Assembly (NCBI RefSeq): GCF_964355755.1 | Contig: NC_092675.1 | Coordinates: forward strand, 31,282,912 to 31,346,911 | DNA length: 64,000 nt | Direction of reading: 5' to 3' | Source of the DNA: Antedon mediterranea | Taxonomy: Eukaryota; Animalia; Echinodermata | The notes under the pieces: generated by a model | What the model was told of the DNA's origin: nothing | The model's input: the letters and a program-made list of their open reading frames with translations, nothing else | Databases searched by the model: none | Part shown: positions 24,001 to 33,715 of the stretch, in pieces | How the letters are laid out: each line of letters begins with the position of its first letter | How positions within the stretch are numbered: the stretch's first letter is position 1 | Made by a program: the position numbers and the translations under genes

Positions 24001-26844
24001 GCTAATGGACCTGATGGTTTACGGGTTGGAGATCAAATCTTAGAGGTAATTTTTATTTGTAATATATGTATTATCACATCCAAAAAACAGAACAAAAAAT
24101 TTGTTATTCAAATGTGCTATAAAAGGTTTTGCAAAACAAATAAATTGTGAATTTAATGTATAGTTGGGTAGTATGTTTAAATTTGATTGGTTAAAAACTA
24201 CCTACCTCATACAAGACCTGTAAATGGTGAGATAATGTGCTTCTGTGTTTTTTTAATACTATATAAACTTTTTGTTTGTTTCTCTCAGTACAATGGCGTA
24301 GACTTGCGTTCAGCTACAGCTGAGCAGGCTGCCTTGGAATTCCAGAAACCTACAGACACAATAACAATACTTGCCCAATACAATGTTGCCAGTAAGTGTT
24401 TCCAATAATAATTTATTTTTCTAATAAAGCATACTGTACTTTAAAGCATACTTCTTTTTACTTTTTATACTATGTTGAAAATATCTTACTGTTAAGATTG
24501 TACTTTCTTGACCTAACTCAAACCTAATGAATATAATTTTGTTTACAGAATTTAACAAGATCCAAGAGCACCCATGTGACTCATTCTTCATTGAGGCTCA
24601 ATGTCGTTATGAGGCAGATAATGACAATTTCTTGTCATTTAAGAAAGGAACAATCTTGTTTGTAGATGATACTATGGCAAATGGTGAAATTGGTCTTTGG
24701 CATGCGTGGACTGTTGAGGAAAATGGCAAAAAGGAAAAACATGGCCATATCTTGGGAAAGGCTATGTAAGTAAATTATCCACTCTGGGTTAAAAGTCATT
24801 TTTTATCTTATTGGCGTTGATGTTTGAACTGGTATTTCGATTAAATAAAATAAATAAAAATAATTAATCTTAAAGGTTTGAACAAGATCTTGCTAGAAAG
24901 CGGAGTTATTCCGAGGACGATGACCTTCGACATACGACATCACGTCGTTCAGGTGGTAAACGCTCCAGCTTTTTTAGACGCAAGAAACACCAGCGGCATA
25001 GTTCAAAGGATAGTAAGGAATTGAACGCTCTTGAGACGCAATCAATGTCAGACGTACCTATCATGGATGGTAAGAAGCCTATTGATATTATAATTACCTA
25101 TCATGGATGGTACGAAGCCTATTGGTATTATAATTACATTTTTCATCGTTTAATAATTTATTTACTACTTTTTTCGTTTTGTGCTTTTATTGTTTTTGCA
25201 GATATATTCATTCCAACATATCAAAGAGTTGAAAGACTAGACTGTAAGTACATACTTAAGAATACTTTCTTTATTACTATTAAATCTCACAAGACATTAC
25301 AGAGCAAAAATAACAATGCTAAAATGTTTTTGCACATTTTTTTTATAGATAATCAAAAACGGCCAGTGTTGATACTAGGTCCTTTAAATGACCGAGTAAA
25401 TGAGAAGCTAGAGTTAGAATCACCTGACAAGTTCACCAGATGTCACCCAGAGGTCATGAAGATGTCACTGATATCAATTGAGAAGGCAATCTCAGACAGC
25501 GTCTTTATTGATTATCATAGAAATGGAGAGGAATTTGAATGTGTACACACATCAACCATCAAAGAAATCAGCAAACAGGTAACATAGATAGTACTATATT
25601 ATTTCAACTAAAGTGATTGAGTTTGCTGTTGGAGTCTCCCAGGTCTAGCATGTGTTATTATTTTGAATTAAATTGAATGCTAGCAGCCTAACTATTCTTC
25701 ATTTAGACTATGCTATTTATACAGTTATAAATAACTGCAAATAGTTTAATTCTTTAATATTATATATTTTTTTAATATTTAATTTAGCTTTGTGATTATG
25801 ATATTAAAAAAAAGATAAACCTTAAATGATAATTCTTTCTCTAAGGTAACTAATTTCATTTTGTTTGTTTCAGGGGTGTCACTGCTTAGTGGATATCTGT
25901 CCTTCAGCTGTGGAACGACTTCACAGACTTCATCTATATCCAATTGTTATATTCATCAAATTTAAATCAGCTAAACAAATCAAGTAAGCCAAAATAATTT
26001 ATTCTCATTTATCGGTGTGTAACGCTAATAGTGAATTAGTTGTAGTAAAACCCATTCTTAAAGTGCAATAATACCAATTGACATGAGCTAAATTAGTGGT
26101 AATTACTGTACTGTGGCCTTCATTCAAATCCTATTCATTCATGTTGAAGAACACATTATTTTTAATAAGAGTAAAGGACTGTTTCCCTGAACGCTTATTA
26201 ACGGGAAGCTTGATTGGATCAGTCTCAAGAAAACTCATAAATGATGGGTCCAATCTAATGAAAGCTCATAACTGATTAGTCCAATCTCATGAAAGCCTAT
26301 AACTGATTAGCCTTATCTCATTAAAGCTCATAACTGATTGACTCACATAAACTCTGTTTCTTCATTAGGGAGCAAAGAGACCCAAGATTTTTACCTGAAC
26401 GTGTGCATTACAAACAAGCCAAGGAACTCTTTGATAATGCGCAACGACAAGAACATAATTTCAAACATTTCTTCTCTGGTAAGTTTAAACATATTTGGGT
26501 AAAACCAGAAGGGGGAAAGGAACCAGATGGAACTAGATTAAATCGTAAAAGAAACAGGTTAAGACCAGATGGGACAAGATTGGGTGTAGTACAATATTGA
26601 TAGAGCAAAACCATATGGGATAAAGGAAGATTTTTTCATTTTGTTCTCAATTTAGGCATATTGGATTAGATAGTGTTGATTTAAATGCTGATTTATATTA
26701 GTGTATGTAAATAATAACTTTTTATTTTGTCTTTCAGATGTAATACAAGGAGGCAACCTAGCAAGTATTTGTAATATGGTGAAGAAAATAATTGATAGGG
26801 AACAAAATAAGACCATTTGGGTTCCTTCAAGCACCCCACTGTAA
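2936..26844 (+). CDS. DLG5: Disks large homolog 5 (MAGUK; coiled coil, 4 PDZ, SH3, GUK), multi-exon, 5'-partial
   Basis: Manually joined GT-AG exons, frame-consistent: 2936-3001 (tentative), 15843-17358, 17622-17751, 18847-18977, 19351-19456, 19546-19719, 19890-21546, 21885-22011, 22270-22426, 22918-23020, 23278-23449, 23859-24045, 24289-24391, 24549-24765, 24876-25069, 25202-25243, 25349-25578, 25874-25983, 26369-26478, 26738-26844 (TAA). About 1,880 codons. DLG5-like motifs: HSRDSAIDADFQEWETETIEFE, PDZ GDQILEYNG, GUK RPVLILGPL and HCLVDI, C-terminus EQNKTIWVPSSTPL. The N-terminal CARD region is not seen. Confidence 0.93.
5523..5990 (-). pseudogene. Frameshifted transposase remnant (Academ-type, PIN/XPG-like region)
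   Basis: LRIDLV...SRENRGKG...FFRCNENEQELSEFLTNE...CNIKEANERMLLYIK over shifting frames resembles the RIDVVFD / FL.NxxNKxELxxFL / CxHEEADTRxxLH motif series, recalled from memory. Confidence 0.6.
6136..7540. repeat. ~30-bp purine-rich minisatellite (ccacagacaaagaagggggtgtaagaccat), ~47 diverged copies, inside the transposon
   Basis: 29-31-nt period, variable G-run length. Confidence 0.95.
9856..10248. repeat. Tandem repeat: 3 x 60 bp followed by ~4 x 54 bp (6-bp deletion variant)
   Basis: ataatggcatcatcaagcaaagatacaagca(gaaaaa)ttgtctgctttacttttatcatc. Confidence 0.95.
14868..15078. repeat. 52-bp tandem repeat, 4 copies
   Basis: gtaagggttttatagtgataggaatagtgtacatacaaggtattgtataaag. Confidence 0.92.
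15193..15277. repeat. 18-bp tandem repeat, ~5 copies
   Basis: atgaatgctatatacagt. Confidence 0.9.
15843..17358 (+). CDS. DLG5: DLG5 large coiled-coil exon
   Basis: 484-aa ORF with heptad E/K/Q/L pattern and ERDSIKAMCDKLRKERDLAV motif; acceptor tgcag, donor AA|gtaagt. Confidence 0.92.
17622..19719 (+). CDS. DLG5: DLG5 exons encoding the PDZ1-PDZ2 region
   Basis: Exons 17622-17751, 18847-18977 (SIFVSKVDKGSRADGRLR), 19351-19456 (VNDYIMKVNNINL), 19546-19719 (GLSLESGVYIRKISPGSIAAKEGTLSVGDRIIS). Confidence 0.9.
19890..21546 (+). CDS. DLG5: DLG5 large exon: end of PDZ2 plus Ser/Pro-rich linker
   Basis: 542-aa ORF; starts INGIQLEN after tgtag, contains NGTWPK, donor A|gtgagt. Confidence 0.9.
21885..24391 (+). 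CDS. DLG5: DLG5 exons encoding PDZ3 and PDZ4
   Basis: LGISICMG...GDQILE/YNGINLR and LGISTSGGNTSGIFVSEL...GDQILE/YNGVDLRSATAEQAA split over short GT-AG exons. Confidence 0.9.
22176..22241 (+). mobile_element. L2-type LINE/SINE 3' tail remnant
   Basis: gtatagcg...gcgctttacaaatt followed by (att)n tail. Confidence 0.45.
22539..22766. mobile_element. MITE, ~228 bp, PIF/Harbinger-like ends
   Basis: TIR aggccaatttatacagacaagc / gcttgtctgtgtaatttggcct. Confidence 0.75.
24549..26844 (+). CDS. DLG5: DLG5 exons encoding SH3, hook and GUK domains to the stop codon
   Basis: LSFKKGTILFVDDTM...WHAW (SH3); RPVLILGPL, CHCLVDICPSAVERLHRLHLYPIVIFIKFKS (GUK); TAA 26842-26844. Confidence 0.92.
26210..26345. 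repeat. Degenerate 30-bp tandem repeat, ~4 copies, just upstream of a DLG5 acceptor
   Basis: gaaagctcataactgattagtccaatctcat-like units. Confidence 0.7.
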
Positions 26845-28446
26845 ATAATCAACTGATCATCGATAATTGATTTGAAATTTATATAAATATTTAAGAAAAT
26901 TCAAAGTTATTTAAATCATGCTATAAGAAAATGAAGATTGTAGAGTTAAGAGATGATGGTTAAGAACGTGCTTAAATGGATTGTCTAGTTTACTCTAGAA
27001 ACAATAGGCTAAAGACATTTCTAGGGATTTGTGCAAATACATTTAGATAGAATTTAACTTTCAATCTTTTTTTGGAAATAGAAATTGGAAAAAAAGAATT
27101 TTTAAAAGATTTATAACGAAAATTTTAATTTACATCATGTAAACGCCCTCTGTTTTGAAGTTTATCTATATTTGCAGATTACAACTGAATGTTATGGTTG
27201 AAAGTCTGATTTTCTTTTGTTTTATCACCCGTCTTTTTTATCAAACAGTTTTCATTAATGATTTGCTTACTACATTGGTACTAATTATTTGAGAGCTTAT
27301 TTATTTATAAGCTGCAGTCTATCTCTATGCTATAATATTGCTATTAAATTAAGTACAGTGCTATAATTTGATGACATTGTGGAAATTACTTTCATAAGAG
27401 GATGAAATAGATTTGTAAACAATCCTTGCATAGCTGCTGGCAGCATTATCTTCCTGCTGATGTTACTGGTTTCACTTCATATCGCCTTCTGATGTGTTCA
27501 TATAACATTCATCTAATGCACATGTATGGCTACTGTAGCATATCCAGACAGTGCCCTAAACACAATTAAGTGATAAACATAATGTCCTATCTTTTGCATT
27601 GTAACTTAGGGTCGAGGGGGTCCGAGTTGACTGATGCTATATATTACTGTGTTTTTCAAAGAGATTAGATATCAGACCTCAGTGCTGTGTAGCTAGTGAT
27701 TGTTCATTAATTTCCACAGGTTTGAAAACCCTTGTTATTAAAGTGAATAGTGTTGGTAATTGGTAGATGTTGTTAAGGGCTTTCAAGTTGTGCTCTACAC
27801 TACATTGAGTGCTTTTAAAAATGAAAATCATGTTAGGAATTCTTAGGAATTAGATTTTCAGTTGTTAAATGAAACTTTTAAGAATTGGTTTGTTTGCCCA
27901 CCTATGTCTGTAAGATGTATAAATTATGTACACTAAAATATAGTGTAAACAATTTCACAATTTCCATAAGTTTGTTTTTGTACACAGATTTTGCTTTGCA
28001 TTGTTGTTCAATAACATCTGTATCTAGGCCTGGTTTTTAAACAAATATTGTTTGTGTTGTTTACTTTTCACTTATTTGTATGTGTGCATATCGCGACTTA
28101 TGATGAAATACGAATGAATAATGAAATTAAATGGATTAAAATTCACAATATAAATATTATTTTGAACATGCAAAAAATCCAGCGAGACTCATCCATCGAC
28201 ATTATCGTAATGAGTTACTCACGTTTGTAGTATTCTATATTTAGTTCATCTGATTATTTAAAATGTGTGAATACTGCCCTCTACATTTCTTCCACTGTCA
28301 TTTCAAGTTCAAGAGGTGATTTTCCTTGGATGACACATCGTGACATTCGTCCTGTTTTGTTTTGAGACTCGAGACTGTCACACGTGTTTTTGTGGTAGTC
28401 GTGGAAATTCCGTCGAGATATATTGGTAGTCTAAAAAATAACCTTG

Positions 28447-28550
28447 GATTGAATCCACGTTTTTTAATGTATATAGTATTATGCAATAACATTTCAGATT
28501 GAATCCACGTTTTTTAATGTATATAGTATTATGCAATAACATTTCAGATT
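28447..28550. repeat. 50-bp perfect tandem duplication
   Basis: gattgaatccacgttttttaatgtatatagtattatgcaataacatttca x2. Confidence 0.9.
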
Positions 28551-28914
28551 TCAGAACGGCATGCCGCGCCGCCACACAGTATAGTACAAAGTCTGAAAAA
28601 AAACAGCATTTAATTATATATTAGTATATAATTATATATTATTTATTGGCACTAATATTTCATTTTGCTCTATAAAGCAAAACCTATTATCTAAATAACA
28701 GCAGCAATTAGACTGTTAGCCTTCTTGGAAAACGGTATAAAGCAAATCATATCCTAAGTATTGATATGCTGGTCGAACAACATAACTTTGTCTAATTTTA
28801 AAATATCATAATTTGTCATTACTTCTGTTTTAAATCAATATTTAAAATGCGAGTACTGTACGGTACTCCTTTTTAGGGCCCGTCCGGGCTTGAATTAAAT
28901 AAAAAGTCTCTCAA

Positions 28915-29035
28915 CAACCAACCAATCAAAACGCTTTATTTGACACTCATGAATAATTCATCGAACACGTTGGCCTAAGCCACGACGATGTCACAATGAA
29001 ACCACGAGACAACGTTTTGCTGACGCAATGCAATA
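28915..29035 (+). promoter_or_regulatory. Putative GADD45 proximal promoter (CCAAT box, POU-like palindrome, CRE/C-EBP hybrid site)
   Basis: aaccaatca at ~28920-28928, ATGAATAATTCAT at 28949-28961, TGACGCAAT at 29021-29029, all within ~200 nt of the ATG in a locally CpG-richer stretch. Confidence 0.45.
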
Positions 29036-29123
29036 TTTACAGTGGAAAATTGCTGATGAGTTCAAAACAGTGTTGGAATCGGTTGAAAGTAGACGTGTTA
29101 TTACAGAGCTTGGAATTGTAACT

Positions 29124-32100
29124 ATGACTTTAGAAGATATCGACAAAAATCAACAAATGCATTCTACGGAAAAGCAAAAGTAAGTTGATAGTACATTATA
29201 GAAAGTAATTGGTACATTTTAGAGGTATTTGTCAGCTTTTTACCTGTTCTTAACTTTGCACACCGCCGGTTGTGCAATCAATCGCCGTGAGTGTACGCCT
29301 TGGCAGACTTACTGTGTAGTAGTGTGTACTTAGTAGGAACTAGCAGGAACTAGCTGCAACTTGTGGTCACAGATGGGTGTTTTCCAGTTGACTTAGCAAT
29401 ATATGTTGCTAAAATTGTGGCTTTAAATAGTTGGTAGACTTAAGTCATGCTTAAGTCAACAGCTGGTGCAAATTCTTAGATTTGAATTGTACAGATTATA
29501 TTTAGTTTTCACAGTATTAACCTGGCTGGTATGAGACAAAGCAGTTTTTTTTAAAAACCAAATAAAAACTTTTTCTTCTTCAGCATTAATAAAATGGATA
29601 TATCTGAAGCATTGACGGACGTTATAGTGCAAGCAGTAGCAGATGACCGGGTCACAATGGATATATCTGAAGCATTGACGGACGTTATCGTGAAAGCAGT
29701 AGCCGTTGACAGGGGCACAATGGATTTATCCGAAGCATTGACGGACGTTATCGTGAAAGCAGTAGCCGATGACAGACTCACATTTGGAGTTTATGATTCT
29801 GCCATGAAAATTGACAAGTAAGTACAGATTAACTTTTTTGCACTGTACAGTATTTTAAATTTTTTAAAACAACTCATTTTGTTGTTAAATTAAAGGTGTT
29901 TTTTGTTAAATAAGCAATAATGTAGATCATGTAATAATTACAGATTTGAACTAAATAAAATACATTTATATTAAAATTGACTTTTGTTTATAGGCCTAAT
30001 GTTGCAGTGATTAATAATCTTATTATTTATATTTTGTTTATAGAGAGTGTGATGATGTGCTTGTGTGTATACAAGTGGAAAACCCAGAATTGGATGTTGC
30101 ACTTCAAATACATCTTACATTATTGGAAGCTTATTGTCATGAATGTGACATTAAATTGGTCAAAGTGACCAATCAAGGACATTTAGCAAAGTTACTTGAC
30201 AGTGTGCGTGCTAAAAACAAGAATGGTACGGATCTAGATCATGAAGATATTGTGTGCATGGTAGTACAGGTACGTTTCTTCACTTAGCAATTATTATACC
30301 ATATCAGTATTCAATTTAGTACAGATGACATTGCCAGTAAGACCCATGGTTGGCCTTTAAAACTTCCCAGTAACTGTTAAAATGGTCAATCAATTTTTCA
30401 CAGCAGTTGGGTTCGAACTTAGGGCGAGATAAGTACTGATCTAGTTAAATTTTACGAGAGCGGTAATTCGATTAAATTCATTAAATTGCGTTCGACGGCT
30501 CATGTTAGGGCGAGATAACTTAAGCATCACGTGCTCGCGACCCCGCCGACACAAACAGGAAGTACAGTTGAACAGGTTAGGGCACTTTATTGTGGGCTAT
30601 TCCTTGTGTGTATACGCACCCATTCTACCACCTTCTTCTTCTTTTTCGAGTACTGCTTAACGATCCGTCGACACCATGCTTCCTCAGTTATTATTATTAT
30701 CGGGGTTTTTACCTATATTTTTACAAATGATTAATGACGACACTGAACTAGATGAAGGTACTGCTTTGCTGCTGTTTGCGTTAGTTGAGTTCGTTTGTAG
30801 CTGCATGGAATCCCAGCGAATGATGCGACAACAACGACGGCTCAGATACCTACGATATGCCGAGGAACAGCGCGAACTTGGGGAGATCATGTTTTTTTTA
30901 CATACAAACCTATATGTAACATTTTTTGTCTTCGCTTTTACTTTTTCGGACATGATGAATGCGGTACAGATGTATTAAAATAAGTTTTAAAATAGTAATA
31001 TGACAGATCGTCGCTCTCGGTTAACATGTGATTCAGAAATACAGTACAGGACAGAATTATTGCAAAAATCCCAACGCATTCAACACGTTGTCGTTGCGTT
31101 GTGTTTGCGTTGCGTTGAACGGCTTTCAACGTTTAGTTGTTTATTCAACGAAAGTCATTATCAGCATGTCAAGTAAACAATTAGTTATTTCAACGCTAGC
31201 TGCTGCAGCGCTAGACTGGCCGATTGCACGCCTGAACGATCAGTAACAACAACAGGCAAAATACCTATCGGCAGTCACTACCAGATATTTTAATATAAAT
31301 AAAAAATATATATGAAGCTTAGATATATTTTTAAGTATTGAACGGACAGTTACCAAGTAAAACACAGTGATATTTCCCAGTGTTTAGTGAAGGAAAACAT
31401 CGAATAATAAGGTCGATGCCAAGTCTAACAGTTAACACTGTACTGTAGGCCTTCCGGGGGAAAACACGATCTCACGTCGTAAAATCAAACAACGTGGAAA
31501 TTACTGACATCAACACACGAGGCCGCCACCCTGGTTTCCTCAAGAAAAACACCACGTGTGTTATGACGTATTTAACGATCGTTAATGACGACGAAGTAAT
31601 TAATTTTATTTAGGCCTACATTTTTTAGCTGTTCGAGATTCAAGAGATAAAGTTAAAATATTGTTTCTCTATTTTGGTTTTTATTTTATAATTGTCCCAT
31701 TGTTTGTTGTAATGTAATTTGAAAAATTTGACGTGTCCGACACCCATGAACCAATTTAAATCTTTATAAATCGGACAACATTACATTTTTAAGTACAAAA
31801 AGCGTTTTGAATACGTTAACAATAGAGCGTGTTGAATGTGTTGAACCCGTTGACCGTTCATTGACGACGTTAAACAATTGAATCCCATAGCGTTGAACGC
31901 GTTGAAAACGTTGCGCGTTTTGAAAAGCATCACACTGTAAACTGATTTAAATGTTGGCTGTTCGCTCGCATATTCTCGCAACTCCCATCCCATTCATACA
32001 GTTTCAGGAGGAGGCCAATATAATTATATTAAGAAACAAAACAATAGTATGTTACAGAGAAAACGCCTAAACCTCGCCTGTAATAATATATTGTCTTGCA

Positions 32101-33715
32101 TCAGAATAAAGTGGTTCTTTATTCTGAATTGTTTGGTTATTCAAATATTTGTGGGTTACACCTTGGCGTGAATAATATGGTATGGCACAGGTTTTGATTT
32201 TAAAGAAAACGCCTAAAATTGCCTATTGTCATCAAATTGGTCATTCCTATTTCTTGGTTTTATTATATTTAACGCTTTTCTCTGCATGGGTTACGTTAGG
32301 CATCACAATAATTAATTTATAATATAATACATGATAATGATATATTTATGGATAATAATAAAACTAAACGATTTTTTCCCTTTTAATTACGCGTTATTTC
32401 ATAATGAATGAACTCTTCACCTTTCGATCAGTTCGTCCCTCACGTCACGAAAAGCATGCGTGAAAAAGACGACGACCATGCTGGATCGTTATGTTGGTGG
32501 TGTATTGTTGCCTTCCATGGCGGCGGGTGTAGGCTACGTTGTTTTTATAAATAATCGAGAAAAATGTAGTACAGTACTGCGAAGTTTTTAGTTTGGAAAT
32601 AATTAATTACGATGTGACCTAGCCTCCAAGATTCACCGCCGCCTTAACTTTGGTATTTAATACTCCAGTTAATATAGGCACACAGTAATTAAGGACATGA
32701 CCACTACTTTTAACTGCGATGGCAGACGCGGCTCATATACACACGGGGCCTACTCGTTAGTAGTAGGCCTAGCCTAGTGTAATATATTAAGCTAGGTTTC
32801 CGCGGAAAAATACACATTATGTTTGTTTTCTTAAATATTTGTAATACTGTATTTTATACTATTACTACTACTACTAATACACACTGGCAATCTGTAAATA
32901 CCATACGAATCCGATTGTTTGTTATTTCAACGCAAACTCAACGCAACACATTGTGTTGGTTGAATAAACAGTTCAACGAACTCAACACTTTCAACGCCAA
33001 CGGACAACGCAGTTTCAACGCGTTGTCAACACTTTAACAATGCGTTGAATGCGTTCAAAATCTGCAATAATTCTGTCCGGTACTGTAAAGCTAATTTATT
33101 GATGTTTATATGTCAAAGTTGAAATTTGCTTTAATCTGATTGGTGTATTGGTGAATTCTGAATGCCTCATGCTGTGTTAATTAACTTAATCGTTTTCTAG
33201 CTTTACCAGTGGATTTACTATTCCGTCGAGGAGATGGCCTTGACTGACCGTAGTCAAGGAAATTCCTTCATCTCGCCCTAATAATTCGTTCACATCGAAG
33301 TTATGGCGACATCATCTCGTTAATCTAGTAAATTTATCTCGCCCTAAGTTCGATATGAACGGGCCTAGCAGGTTTCATATACATTTATACTATTAAATGA
33401 TTTAAGTGGTTAATATCAGCCTGGTGTTGTCAATTGTAAATAACCTTTGACATCTGTGATATCACATTTATACTTGATTGGTTTGTTGATGTATTCATCT
33501 AGCAAATTGTAATGGATCAAAAATACATGTATTTTTTAAATGACAGTTAAAATTAAACAATTTCAGCAAGAACTGTAAAATTAACAAATTATATGAACAG
33601 TGTTTTTATTTATATATTATTAATTTTTCAGGAGCCACATGATTCAGATGAAGACAGATTTACAGAAATATATCATACACAGAAGTACAATTGGCACCCT
33701 CATGTTTCCTTATAA
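29124..33715 (+). CDS. GADD45: Growth arrest and DNA damage-inducible protein GADD45 family (L7Ae/L30e/S12e/Gadd45 fold), ~199 aa, 4 exons
   Basis: Exons 29124-29179 (MTLEDI...), 29584-29817 (...RLTFGVYDSA), 30044-30269 (DVALQIHLTLLEAYCHECDIKLVKV), 33632-33715 (...NWHPHVSL*). 600 nt, frame-consistent; motifs match GADD45 MTLEE, GVYE, DIALQIHFTL; 4-exon layout as in vertebrate GADD45 genes. Confidence 0.92.
30413..33366. mobile_element. Outer non-autonomous TIR element in GADD45 intron 3 (Harbinger-like)
   Basis: 20-bp inverted repeat tcgaacttagggcgagataa (30413) / ttatctcgccctaagttcga (33334); right end ...gaacgggcct; subterminal ttagggcgagat copies; left terminus eroded. Confidence 0.65.
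31042..33085. mobile_element. Inner Tc1/mariner-type non-autonomous element (~2.0 kb) nested in the outer element
   Basis: TA|CAGTACAGGACAGAATTATTGCA ... TGCAATAATTCTGTCCGGTACTG|TA; subterminal caacgcgttg-like palindromes. Confidence 0.8.
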
